A stretch of DNA of 41,234 bases from a virus (taxonomy: Duplodnaviria > Caudoviricetes), in IMG/VR virus record IMGVR_UViG_3300045006_000100, positions 1 through 41,234 of that record, one strand, 5' to 3'. This document shows, in pieces, positions 18,395 through 27,179 of this stretch (position 1 is its first letter; each line of letters starts with the position of its first letter). A program made the position numbers and the translations under genes. The notes beneath the pieces are model-generated. The model made no database searches. It worked only from the letters and a program-made list of their open reading frames with translations, and was not told the DNA's origin.

Positions 18395-18954
18395 GTAGCA
18401 AGGCTATGCGCCGGCTGTTACCAGCTGGCCAAGCATTTCGTGGCGGGGAACATCTGGATGCCATAATTGAGGCGTTAGGGTTATCGCTTGATCGTGTCCA
18501 CGATTTCATAACCGCTGTCCAAGCAGAGTCGGTCCCTGCTACGGCCGATAAGGTAATTGACGAATGGTTGGCGGCGCTTGGGATTTCCATTTCGGCTGAC
18601 TCCAGCTTGGGCGATAAGCGCAACATCGCAGCAGCGACGTATTCGTCAATTGGCGGGCAGTCATTGGAATACATCAGCGGGCAGGTGCGCGCGGTATTCC
18701 CGAACGTAACAATCAAGGAAATCGAAGAGATCGGGGAATTCACCTTTTTTTACAAGGTTGAAGGCAATATTCCTTATAGCCGTGATTTTCAAAAACTGTT
18801 TGCGTTGCTAATGCGCATTGCACCGCTACACCTGGATCCAGTCTATCAAGTTCGCCCCGTCTACGACGGAGACGTAGCGCGTTGCGGCATCGGAAGCACC
18901 GGGCGCGCAATCTGCGGTCGATCTAAAACAACCATTCAAACAGGGGGACAATGA
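18382..18954 (+). CDS. Baseplate protein (Mu gp48/YmfQ-like)
   Basis: LLPAGQAF, P.TA...IDEW...LG, GGQSLEY and IAPLH motifs. Confidence 0.85.
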   Translation: MAGVSSKAMRRLLPAGQAFRGGEHLDAIIEALGLSLDRVHDFITAVQAESVPATADKVIDEWLAALGISISADSSLGDKRNIAAATYSSIGGQSLEYISGQVRAVFPNVTIKEIEEIGEFTFFYKVEGNIPYSRDFQKLFALLMRIAPLHLDPVYQVRPVYDGDVARCGIGSTGRAICGRSKTTIQTGGQ

Positions 18955-19973
18955 TGCACAGAACAACCGCACAAGGTTCTGTTGACGGGAAATATATCGA
19001 CGATGACATCGTGCATGGAATTGTTGGGACCATGCTTATTGCGAAGGATCGCAACACGACTCAGGAGGAGCTGGCTAATGCAGTTGAAGGTGCTGGTATT
19101 ACACTCGATCCCGAAAAAGACGATCAATTATTGGAAGGATTGCGCAAAGGCCATGGCTCTACATTCAATGCTGATTCTGTAGATGGATTACATGCAGTTG
19201 ATTTAGAGCGCGCCATGAAAATTGGTGCCGTGATGATGTTCGACGCCAACTCGGTTCCGGTGGTTTTCACCGCTGGTCAGTTTGTTGTTGGCCTGCGCTA
19301 CAAGATCGTCAGCCTGGGGACAACCAATTTCACGTTGATTGGCGCCGCGCAAAACGTGATTGGCACCGTGTTCACCGCCACGGGAGTGGGCGCTGGAACA
19401 GGGACGGCATCCAGCGAAGAAGGTATCTCCGGGGCCTGGGTGGACGATGTAACGATGCCGGGCTGGTTTGCATGTGTGGCGGCCAATACGGTGTGGGGCT
19501 GCAAAGACATGACCGGCAGATTCGTGATGGGGAAGGTGGTTGCAGGTGTTGGCGGAACTGGCGGTACCAACAGCTACCAAATATCAAGCGCTCAGTTACC
19601 GACGCATACTCATACGATTGATCATGACCACGGGGCCGCGAATACAGGGGGTCGTGGATCATACCACCAACACAGTGATAGTGGTCATACCCACGATATT
19701 CGTTGTGCCGCGAATGGTGGCACGTACTTGGTTTGGAATACCAGTATATGGGCAGCAGGCACGGGCGACGGGCCACGTGATTCGGTTTCAACAGTTAATA
19801 AATATACGGCGTATACCAGCTATGCTAATATCGGTAATGATAATACGGACCATGTCCATGCGTTCGACATGCCAGCCTTTTCAGGTTCATCAGGCAATGG
19901 CGGGTTTGCCAATAGCTCAGTCGATAATCGGCCTGCCTATTATGAAATGATTTTCATTCGGAAATGCAAGTAG
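18951..19973 (+). CDS. Tail fibre / receptor-binding protein with collar domain and HxH tip
   Basis: QEELANAVEGAGITLDP..DDQL N-terminus; ADSVDGLHA; collar motifs IGAVMMF...GWF.C...GRFVMG; several HxH motifs; NRPAYY..IFIRK end. Confidence 0.88.
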   Translation: MMHRTTAQGSVDGKYIDDDIVHGIVGTMLIAKDRNTTQEELANAVEGAGITLDPEKDDQLLEGLRKGHGSTFNADSVDGLHAVDLERAMKIGAVMMFDANSVPVVFTAGQFVVGLRYKIVSLGTTNFTLIGAAQNVIGTVFTATGVGAGTGTASSEEGISGAWVDDVTMPGWFACVAANTVWGCKDMTGRFVMGKVVAGVGGTGGTNSYQISSAQLPTHTHTIDHDHGAANTGGRGSYHQHSDSGHTHDIRCAANGGTYLVWNTSIWAAGTGDGPRDSVSTVNKYTAYTSYANIGNDNTDHVHAFDMPAFSGSSGNGGFANSSVDNRPAYYEMIFIRKCK

Positions 19974-19984
19974 AAGGAGGAACT

Positions 19985-20464
19985 ATGAAAGTTGTAAGCA
20001 TTGGAAATGGTTTGGTTCTCAAAGAGACTGGCCGTATGGTGGATCGGGTGCGGAATACCATTCAGGTACAGCTTGCAATCGAACCGATTTATGGCCAGCC
20101 CTATACCGCTGATGTGGCCGCCAAGGAACTGCGAGACGACATCTTCGTGTCCCAGGTCTCCAACCCGCTTCGCTGGAACCAGATGAAAGATACCAGCCAG
20201 CAGGAGATGGTCGAGTTCATTCATGACTTTCTTTCCGGGTATTACATGGTCTGGCGTGCCTACAAGGTGTGGCAGGAAAACCCTGAATATGACGAAGAGC
20301 CTAACCCTATCCCCAACGGCGATCCCATCCGCACCCTAATGCCATTCCCGCAACAAGATGCCATAGACGCTCTACTGGCTGAGAACATCGTGGATCGGTC
20401 ATTCCGGCTGTTCAGCTTGCTTGACTCCCGGGGAGTCACCGCCGTCGAACTGGTGGAGGTCTGA
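19985..20464 (+). CDS. Hypothetical protein, possible tail fibre chaperone
   Basis: SD AAGGAGG before ATG 19985; directly after the fibre gene. Confidence 0.6.
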   Translation: MKVVSIGNGLVLKETGRMVDRVRNTIQVQLAIEPIYGQPYTADVAAKELRDDIFVSQVSNPLRWNQMKDTSQQEMVEFIHDFLSGYYMVWRAYKVWQENPEYDEEPNPIPNGDPIRTLMPFPQQDAIDALLAENIVDRSFRLFSLLDSRGVTAVELVEV

Positions 20465-20465
20465 T

Positions 20466-20966
20466 ATGGCCTTGACCCCAGGGAAACATGCCTGCCCCCA
20501 CTGCGGGGCTTTTCCTTTGATGCTGGCATCGGCCGGCCGCCAGCCCGGTGTCAGCGATTCCATCGCAGTCTGTGCCAAGTGCGGAACGCCCATGGAGACA
20601 CTACATACCATGGTTGCCAGTTTCGACATCCGCGTTCACCCCACGGCGTTCGCCAGGCTGGAAAAAGTCTTCGCCGATTCAGTGCTGGACAAAGATGTGG
20701 TGTCATTGAATTCCGATCCGTCCGTTGATCGCAAGATTGGCGGTGTGGTCATGATCCATATGAATGGCCGAAGCACCCAGTGGACGTCCGGTTTGCGTCA
20801 CGTCGAAAGCTTCGTCAAACTGGGGTACGTCAACATTCAGAAGGTTTGTCCGCACCGATACATTTTTGGAGCGATCCCGCGCAAGTGCATCGGTGAAAAG
20901 TGCCAGTTCAGCATCTTGCGCAATTCCACCCGCGACTGCGCCCATATCTGGATGGTGATGAAATGA
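20466..20966 (+). CDS. Cys-rich hypothetical protein (probable zinc ribbons)
   Basis: SD GGAGG; CPHC and CAKC near the N-terminus, CPH...CIGEKC...C near the C-terminus. Confidence 0.7.
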   Translation: MALTPGKHACPHCGAFPLMLASAGRQPGVSDSIAVCAKCGTPMETLHTMVASFDIRVHPTAFARLEKVFADSVLDKDVVSLNSDPSVDRKIGGVVMIHMNGRSTQWTSGLRHVESFVKLGYVNIQKVCPHRYIFGAIPRKCIGEKCQFSILRNSTRDCAHIWMVMK

Positions 20967-21313
20967 GCATCACTACCATCATCATTCTGATATTGGCGGC
21001 GCTGTCCATTGTGGCCGGAGTAGTCGCCTATGCCTTCGCGCAGGCCGCCGCCGGCGCACGCCGCGACGCCGACGACTACAGGAAGCAGTGCGGCGAGTAT
21101 GCCAAGCAGCTGACCATCATGCAGGCGCAGGTCGCACGGCGTGACCATATCATCGAATCAATCCAGGGGGCAAACCATGAAGCCGAACAGCAACGCGACA
21201 AGATCGAACAGGCTGGTCCTGATCCTGCTGGCCGCCTTGACGCTATCAATAGCGTCCTGTCTGACATCGCCCGAACCGGCGCCGGTCCCGACACCCCCGC
21301 CGGTAAAGCTTAA
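20963..21313 (+). CDS. Putative i-spanin (Rz-like)
   Basis: N-terminal TM helix then coiled coil; 3' part overlapped by a lipoprotein ORF in another frame. Confidence 0.7.
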   Translation: MSITTIIILILAALSIVAGVVAYAFAQAAAGARRDADDYRKQCGEYAKQLTIMQAQVARRDHIIESIQGANHEAEQQRDKIEQAGPDPAGRLDAINSVLSDIARTGAGPDTPAGKA

Positions 21314-21470
21314 CCTCACCTGGCCGGTGTTCCCTGATCCGGCCGGCCAGGTCACATTGACGCCGGACAACCGCGTCACCATGCCGCTCGACTACTGGCA
21401 GGCCGTAGCGCGCTACGTCGTCGCCATGGAGCGGAACCGCAAGATCGTCGAGGCGGCCGAAGGTGAGTAA
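21177..21470 (+). CDS. Putative o-spanin lipoprotein (Rz1-like)
   Basis: Signal peptide ending LSIAS-C followed by a Pro-rich stretch; overlaps the i-spanin candidate. Confidence 0.72.
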   Translation: MKPNSNATRSNRLVLILLAALTLSIASCLTSPEPAPVPTPPPVKLNLTWPVFPDPAGQVTLTPDNRVTMPLDYWQAVARYVVAMERNRKIVEAAEGE

Positions 21471-21819
21471 CTCCTATGACCTGCGCATCAAGCAAGGTGC
21501 CACGTTCCGCCGGTCTGCGATATACCGCAATAGCGATAGAGTCGCCATCGACCTGACCGGCTACTCCATCAGGGCGCAGATCCGCGCGACCTACGATGCC
21601 GCACAGCCTCTGGTGGCGCTGACCTGCGCCATCGATGACGGACCTGCCGGAAAGTTCAGCTGGTCGCTGTCCGCCATCCAGACAGCCGCGTTGGCTGCCA
21701 CCGGGTCAGCCCCTGGTAAGCGCGCAAGCTATGTGTGGGATATGGAACTGGAGCAGGCCGGCGTCGTTACCCGCATACTGCAGGGCGCCGTCTACGTCTC
21801 ACCAGAGGTCACCCGATGA
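21463..21819 (+). CDS. Beta-sandwich virion protein (fibre adaptor, BppU/LtfC-like)
   Basis: I.QGATF, IDLTGY..RAQIR, YVWDMEL and RILQG.V.VSPEVT pattern typical of genes upstream of collagen fibres. Confidence 0.7.
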   Translation: MSNSYDLRIKQGATFRRSAIYRNSDRVAIDLTGYSIRAQIRATYDAAQPLVALTCAIDDGPAGKFSWSLSAIQTAALAATGSAPGKRASYVWDMELEQAGVVTRILQGAVYVSPEVTR

Positions 21820-22442
21820 TCGAGATCATCGAGCAGATCAATACCGTCGAGATTGCTGAGGACGCCTCTGCTGTCGAGGTCATCGAGTCCGCGGCGCTGG
21901 TCATCGAGGTTTCCACCGGACAGCAAGGGCCAGCTGGTGCCACTGGGCCTGCGGGCCCGGCAGGGGCCGTAGGGGCTCAAGGTCCGCAGGGAGACGTTGG
22001 TCAGCCTGGCCCAACCGGGGCTAAAGGCGATACCGGAGAGCAGGGACCGCAGGGCAGCCAGGGTGCAACCGGACCGGCCGGGCCTGGCGTGCCGACTGGT
22101 GGCAACGCCGGGCAGGTCTTGGCAAAGACCAGTGCCACCGACTACGCGACTGCCTGGCAAGATCCATCAGGCGGCGGACGTGGGGCCGTCGGCCAGGCAA
22201 TGGTCGACTTTGGCGCGTTCCCGGGATCAAACGTCGCCACTATGGCCATTACCGGTCAGTCTGGCATCCTGGACACTGACCATCCGACGGCGCAGATCAT
22301 CACAGCGACTGACGAGGGCAGCCTGCTGGCGTCGCTGATCAATGTCACATGCACCGCGCCGACTGCCGGCGTCGGGTTCACCATCCGAGCGTTCAGCATG
22401 GAAAAAATTCAAGGCCAGATAGCCGTCCGTTGGCGCTGGTAA
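21816..22442 (+). CDS. Collagen-like fibre protein
   Basis: About 18 consecutive Gly-X-Y triplets followed by the [10 protein letters not shown]...DYATAW fibre motif. Confidence 0.85.
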   Translation: MIEIIEQINTVEIAEDASAVEVIESAALVIEVSTGQQGPAGATGPAGPAGAVGAQGPQGDVGQPGPTGAKGDTGEQGPQGSQGATGPAGPGVPTGGNAGQVLAKTSATDYATAWQDPSGGGRGAVGQAMVDFGAFPGSNVATMAITGQSGILDTDHPTAQIITATDEGSLLASLINVTCTAPTAGVGFTIRAFSMEKIQGQIAVRWRW

Positions 22443-22454
22443 TAGGGGGACATC

Positions 22455-23492
22455 ATGGCAATTAGTTTCAACCTGGCGGACGCTGTATCAGGATTGTTTG
22501 CCAAGATTTTGGGTAGCGGAGTCGCGCCGCAGACAACTGACAATGCGGTGGTAGTGTTACACCGGCCAGACGATCCACTCATCGCCGGGCAGGCCAGCTA
22601 TGTCATCGGCCAAGGGGCGCAGTTGGCACTTGGGCAGAACGTCGTCCTGGCAAGCGCTGGGGCTGGAGCATTCGACGTCGGGGTTTTACGGTCTGTAAGC
22701 CTTGAGATAGTTCCGGCGGCCGGCACCGTGACCGCTGGGGCAATCACGTTTGAAGGGTCCAACGACGGAGCAAATTTCGTACCGATCATCATGTACGACC
22801 GCGCCGCACCAGCAGCCGCTCCTGTTTCGACGTATAACCTGGCCGCTTCCACCCCCCGCTATTTCGTCGGGGACGTCTGCTGGAAATACTTCAGGGCGCG
22901 AATTAGTACCGGCATCACCGGCACTACTACCGGCGTCCAGTGCTTTAGCTTGTGGGCGGCGCAGGACTTTACGCCGATCATTTTCGGCGTCCGCCAGACC
23001 GACGGGACCAACGTGGCGCCAACCATGGACGCCGCAGCCCGGCGCGGATACTTCCAGGTCAGCGACGGCACCAACAGTCCGGCCATCAAAGCGGCCAGCA
23101 CACCGGTCGCTGCGGCCGACCCGACATTGGCTGTGGCTCAGTCGCCCAACCTGCCGACAGCCAGCAAGTACAGCGCACTGGCCGCCGCGACCAATAACGC
23201 CGCCAACATCAAGGGCAGTGCCGGCAAGGTGCTTAACATCAGCGTAGCCAACTACAAGGCGACTGCCATCCTGGTGAAGCTTTACAACAAGGCCACCGCT
23301 CCTGTCCCTGGAACTGATACGCCGCTCCTGTCGATCATTGTCCCCGCCACGTCATCGAAGGAAATTGCCTGGGGAGTGTGGGGCAAGTATTTTGCCACCG
23401 GTATTGGTATAAGCATGACCGGAGCATTGACCGACGCTGACAACACGTCGCTGGCCGCAAATGATTGCCGTGTCGACCTGGACTACATCTGA
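22455..23492 (+). CDS. Virion structural/adhesion protein (beta-rich, Ala/Thr-rich)
   Basis: SD AGGGGG; FEGSNDG.NF and VKLYNKATAP..GTDTP...FATGI segments typical of phage accessory fibres. Confidence 0.65.
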   Translation: MAISFNLADAVSGLFAKILGSGVAPQTTDNAVVVLHRPDDPLIAGQASYVIGQGAQLALGQNVVLASAGAGAFDVGVLRSVSLEIVPAAGTVTAGAITFEGSNDGANFVPIIMYDRAAPAAAPVSTYNLAASTPRYFVGDVCWKYFRARISTGITGTTTGVQCFSLWAAQDFTPIIFGVRQTDGTNVAPTMDAAARRGYFQVSDGTNSPAIKAASTPVAAADPTLAVAQSPNLPTASKYSALAAATNNAANIKGSAGKVLNISVANYKATAILVKLYNKATAPVPGTDTPLLSIIVPATSSKEIAWGVWGKYFATGIGISMTGALTDADNTSLAANDCRVDLDYI

Positions 23493-24130
23493 TGGCAAGC
23501 GCTGATCGGTTCGAGACCAAGCAATTCAAGGCCTACAAGCGCAAGCTGGAGATGCTTGGCGCCGACGTGCTGCCGCGCGTCATCGCCGAGACTATCAACG
23601 TAGTCGCCGGGTTTGCGCATGTCCAGAGCATCCGGAACGTGCGCAGCCGGTTTGTCAACCGAAACCGATACACCGAAAACAGCGTCAGGTTCTACAAGGC
23701 CAATCCCAAGGCGAAAATCTGGAAGATCAACGCCATAAGTGGCAGCATAAGCGACTACATGGACGAGCAGGACTCCGGCGGCGAACGTGTGCCGAAGCAA
23801 GGCGGAAAGGTGCCAGTGGCGACACTGGCCGCACGCGGTGGCGACCCTAAGCGTGTGGTCCGCAAGGCCAACAAGGCCGGACAGCTTGGGCCAAACCAGT
23901 TCATAGGAACGCCGCGCGGTAGCCTTTCCCGTCCGCACGGTGTCTACCAGCGCAACAAAAAAAACAAGTACCTCGTCATGATCCGCAACATCAGTCGCGT
24001 CCGGGTCGAGATCGAGGGCCGGCACTGGCACCGCGACGCGGTGGAATTCCGATACCGACGCGAGGTGCTGACCGGGGAGTTCATCCGGCAGGCCGAGCGC
24101 GAGATTGCGAGGCTTCAATCATCCACTTGA
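23492..24130 (+). CDS. Basic neck/tail completion protein (lambda gpZ-like), probable
   Basis: Arg/Lys-rich; A.TIN..A...RF..RN.YT and YM..Q..GG.R.PK pattern; TGATG-coupled. Confidence 0.55.
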   Translation: MASADRFETKQFKAYKRKLEMLGADVLPRVIAETINVVAGFAHVQSIRNVRSRFVNRNRYTENSVRFYKANPKAKIWKINAISGSISDYMDEQDSGGERVPKQGGKVPVATLAARGGDPKRVVRKANKAGQLGPNQFIGTPRGSLSRPHGVYQRNKKNKYLVMIRNISRVRVEIEGRHWHRDAVEFRYRREVLTGEFIRQAEREIARLQSST

Positions 24131-25368
24131 TCCGGTTCCGGTAGGCCCAGAGCCGCCGCGATACCGTCCTGCACTTGCCTGATGGGCGCCATGGCCTGCG
24201 GCCGGTAATACAACGCCGTCATGGCATCGCTGGTGTGGCCAATCGTGTGGCGTATCATGGCCGATGGCACCGCCGCCTCAAGTAGCGCCGTGTTGGCAAA
24301 GGCCCGCCAACTATGCATGCCAATGTGCCGGACACGCCACGCATCAACGCCGATTACCTGGTCGATCCGATCATGCAGCGCCTTCGTCAAATCGCGCTGG
24401 TCCATCGCCCGGTCCTGGCTGCCATTTGACCAAAAGACAAACGGATCGGCCACCCTGCCCCGCCACGGGTTCGCCAGGATGAGCGCCTGCAGCATACTGA
24501 TGACCGCCGCTGGAGCCGGCACACGACGGCTGCCGCCGCCCTTGGTGGTGTCGCTGACAATCCCGGTTTTCGGCCGCCAGGTGCCCACGACTTCGACATG
24601 GTCAGCCTGCACCCTGGACGTGCGCAGGCCGCAGATTTCCCCGGCGCGTAGCCCTGTGGTAACCGCCAGGAGGTTTCCGGCCATCGCCCGGGCGTCGGGC
24701 CACGGTTCGGCGAAAATGACAGCAGCCTCCTGCATGGTCAAGACGCCGCGTTGGTTCTTCACCTTGCCGCTGATCGGCTCATACTGGATCGGCCGCCGCA
24801 GATGCCCGTCACGGAAGGCAGCCTTCAAAACGAGGCGCAATGTCATGGTTCGCTGGTGGATGGTCTTCGGGGCCAAGCCGGCGGCGGCCAGGCGCAACTG
24901 CCAGGACGCGACGGCGCGGTCGTCTATCGCCTCAAGGCGCATCTTGCCGATCTTGTCGTCCTTGATCCAATTGTCAAACGCCAGCGCGTGGAGCCGGGCC
25001 TGTTCCTGGCTGTACCTCCTGCCGCGCAGGATCCGCTCCTGGGCATAATCGCCCGACCAGTCAAAGAACCCGGTGCCGTAGTCAGCCAGCGTGGTGTTCG
25101 CTCCGGTAGTCACCTGGCCGCCCGCCAGGTACTGTTCGCACCAGGAGACTGCCAGGTCGCGCGACCGCGGCTTTCCGGTGTCCTCTACGCCTGTGGACTT
25201 CGCCGAACCGAACGATCCGTCCGCTTCTCGAAACCGGGCATAGTAGATTTTCGCGCCGCTGGCGAGCTGGCGGGAGACAAGGGAATATGGCTGTCCGCGT
25301 CGTTTTTGTAACACAATTGTCACACTTCGCAAAATCACACCTACATACATTTTTCTGCATACTGGCAT
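24115..25368 (-). CDS. int: Tyrosine recombinase (integrase); real start may be GTG 25314
   Basis: Catalytic motifs TGLRAGE, HSWR and IGHTSDAMTALY; adjacent to the tRNA-derived attP. Confidence 0.95.
   Translation of the reverse strand: MPVCRKMYVGVILRSVTIVLQKRRGQPYSLVSRQLASGAKIYYARFREADGSFGSAKSTGVEDTGKPRSRDLAVSWCEQYLAGGQVTTGANTTLADYGTGFFDWSGDYAQERILRGRRYSQEQARLHALAFDNWIKDDKIGKMRLEAIDDRAVASWQLRLAAAGLAPKTIHQRTMTLRLVLKAAFRDGHLRRPIQYEPISGKVKNQRGVLTMQEAAVIFAEPWPDARAMAGNLLAVTTGLRAGEICGLRTSRVQADHVEVVGTWRPKTGIVSDTTKGGGSRRVPAPAAVISMLQALILANPWRGRVADPFVFWSNGSQDRAMDQRDLTKALHDRIDQVIGVDAWRVRHIGMHSWRAFANTALLEAAVPSAMIRHTIGHTSDAMTALYYRPQAMAPIRQVQDGIAAALGLPEPDQVDD
25301..25325. repeat. Integrase arm-type sites, left pair (TTGTAACAC, TTGTCACAC)
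   Basis: The 25-mer matches 25558-25582 at 23 of 25 positions; the pairs flank the att core. Confidence 0.75.
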
Positions 25369-25390
25369 TTTCTTGCTTTATAATGATTTA

Positions 25391-25449
25391 TGCCGGAGAC
25401 GGGACTTGAACCCGTACGCACTTTTTAGGTTGCGGGGGATTTTAAGTCC
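25391..25449 (-). other. attP core: 3' half of tRNA-Leu(TAA)
   Basis: Minus strand reads GGACTTAAAATCCCC, long variable arm, ACGGGTTCAAGTCCCGT, CTCCGGCA. The 5' half is absent. Confidence 0.92.
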
Positions 25450-25557
25450 AGTCACGGCGCGCGAACTACGTTCGCTTTGTCCATTATGTACGCAAAAACA
25501 CGGCAAAATCAACCAAAATCTACACGAAAAAACGCCTTGCTAACGATGCGGACGGGG

Positions 25558-25660
25558 CGTTTTTGTCACACAATTGTTACACGGTGCTCCGGCTGGTATG
25601 GCACGCATTACAGGGGACTGAAATCCCCTGGGTGGCCAGGCAAGCCAATTCGTGTGACAA
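25558..25660. repeat. Integrase arm-type sites, right group
   Basis: TTGTCACAC 25563-25571, TTGTTACAC 25574-25582 and inverted GTGTGACAA 25652-25660. Confidence 0.75.
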
Positions 25661-25699
25661 TCAACGTTTTTTTCGGAATTCTTGAAGCAGGGAAACGGA

Positions 25700-25894
25700 A
25701 TGGCCCGTCTTCCAGGCATGATGAAAGAACGCGAGGAACTGGACAGGATCGCCATGCGCTTGCGCATGCTGTCGTATCGAATGGGCTTAAAGGATGCTCG
25801 GCGGCTGGACGAGATCGCCGCCGAGCTTTGGGACATGGTGGACCGGGTGCCGGAGAGCTTGGATGCCACGCAAATAAAAAGGCCGACAGGTTGA
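25700..25894 (+). CDS. Small helical hypothetical protein
   Basis: 64 aa (MARLPGMMKEREELDRIA...); start uncertain. Confidence 0.55.
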   Translation: MARLPGMMKEREELDRIAMRLRMLSYRMGLKDARRLDEIAAELWDMVDRVPESLDATQIKRPTG

Positions 25895-25933
25895 CTGGAA
25901 GCTTTATGAGCTTATGCGTCTGACTCGTTTGGG

Positions 25934-26317
25934 TCAGCGCGGTTTGCGTAATGCGGTTATGATCGATCCGGCCATGGCCACAGCCCCGGCGATGATGGCG
26001 GAAAAGCCGGCAATGTCTTTCCCGTTCATGGCCAGGATGAATCCGAAGGTGAGCGCAAGGATTGATACCAATGCCCCCAAGATGGGGCCGGCATAGTTTT
26101 GGAAAATCTGACTTTTTACCAGCGATCGGGTATTCGTGCGGCGTTCGACCGCTTCGAGTTCGGCCATGGATAGGATACGGTCGGCTGACCCCGGAAGGGT
26201 GGCTTCGTATCCTTTGAATTCATCGGCCATCGGCAACGGGCCGGAGATTATCTGCTGTTGCGTAGCAATGATCGCCGATTGCCCCTGTCCCTGGCGGGGC
26301 TGCATGGCCTTGCCCAT
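25934..26317 (-). CDS. DUF2335-like membrane protein
   Basis: SGPLP....GYE..LPGSADRILSMAE.E motif plus two C-terminal TM helices; TGATG coupling at 26317. Confidence 0.85.
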   Translation of the reverse strand: MGKAMQPRQGQGQSAIIATQQQIISGPLPMADEFKGYEATLPGSADRILSMAELEAVERRTNTRSLVKSQIFQNYAGPILGALVSILALTFGFILAMNGKDIAGFSAIIAGAVAMAGSIITALRKPR

Positions 26318-26541
26318 CACCGTACCACTGTTTCCTGGCGGATTTTGTCCATTGACCGGCGCAAGTCCATACCGACGGCGCACCAGTCACCACGCAGGGC
26401 CAGCGCGTCGCGCTGGGGGCCGTTCTGGAGGTCTTCGACGGTGATTATCTGAGAGGTGCCAAAAAGGTCGAAGGCCTTGGCCCATCCGGACCAGAAATGC
26501 CGGTGGCTTGCTTTCGCTTTTCTTTTTTCGATGCGCTTCAT
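26317..26541 (-). CDS. Small partner protein upstream of the DUF2335 gene
   Basis: SD GGTGGAG; F.SG....FDLFG...DALALRGDW.AVG.DLR motif. Confidence 0.75.
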   Translation of the reverse strand: MKRIEKRKAKASHRHFWSGWAKAFDLFGTSQIITVEDLQNGPQRDALALRGDWCAVGMDLRRSMDKIRQETVVR

Positions 26542-26681
26542 ATCTCCACCTACTTCCATTATATCCCGTTTGTCCTGGTTGTGCTTATTTAACATACAAT
26601 CCGCACAATAGCAACGGCAAGGCGCTGGCCGGCCATGCAATCGATACAGATTTATCAATTCAACCTATTTGATAAATTGGA

Positions 26682-27074
26682 TTATCCTACAGTTTTGGAT
26701 GATTGGGTTGATCGGATTGACTCAGCTTTGGCGTGGATAAGCAACGGAATATCCCCGAGCTGGTCGTCGGGTATCATCATCAGGTCGGAAATCAGCGATT
26801 CATGAGCATCAACCCACTGGATGAAAAACGGGTCAAATTCGTTTGACTCTTCAACCTGGGCCGTCCCGATATATTCCCAACCGTTCAAAAGGAACTCGAT
26901 GCGCACATCGAACACCTTTGCAATTTTCCGCAGCATTTCATCCTTGGGTACGCGCTTCATCCTTTTCCAAGTCGATACCGTCGAATGTCGGACACCAAGC
27001 TGTGCACTTAGCCACGCATCGTTTTTTTCACCTTGGAGCTTGTTGACTCGGCTCCAGAACTCTTCAGCACTCAT
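26682..27074 (-). CDS. XRE-family HTH repressor (CI-like, no S24 autocleavage domain)
   Basis: LSAQLGVRHSTVSTWKR...P....LRKIAKVFDV..EFLL.G; divergent from the early operon. Confidence 0.88.
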   Translation of the reverse strand: MSAEEFWSRVNKLQGEKNDAWLSAQLGVRHSTVSTWKRMKRVPKDEMLRKIAKVFDVRIEFLLNGWEYIGTAQVEESNEFDPFFIQWVDAHESLISDLMMIPDDQLGDIPLLIHAKAESIRSTQSSKTVG

Positions 27075-27086
27075 GTCACCAGTCTC

Positions 27087-27169
27087 GACGCGTTTGCGTA
27101 GAATCTTTAATGATTCTATTGACAACGACGCGTTTGCGTCCTACGATTGCCTTACGACGCAAACGCGTC
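27087..27169. promoter_or_regulatory. Genetic switch: three GACGC-N4-GCGT(C/A) operators and a rightward promoter
   Basis: Sites at 27087-27100, 27127-27140 and 27156-27169 (inverted). TTGACA(27119)-N17-TACGAT(27142) carries site 2 in its spacer. Confidence 0.88.
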
Positions 27170-27179
27170 CGGAGGAAAT

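Noticed and set aside
7102-18954. Transposable Mu-like phage
   Set aside because: No MuA/MuB genes; a tyrosine integrase, attP and GpA-type terminase are present instead.
5055-21179. Recurring AAACCATG start context (5066, 6271, 11313, 21177)
   Set aside because: Useful for choosing start codons but most simply a translation-initiation preference, not a separate element.
18951-23492. Diversity-generating retroelement or invertible tail-fibre cassette
   Set aside because: No reverse transcriptase, invertase, template/variable repeat pair or inverted fibre copy was seen.
25391-25449. Functional phage tRNA-Leu gene
   Set aside because: Only the anticodon loop to the 3' end is present; there is no D arm or 5' acceptor strand, so it is an att core.
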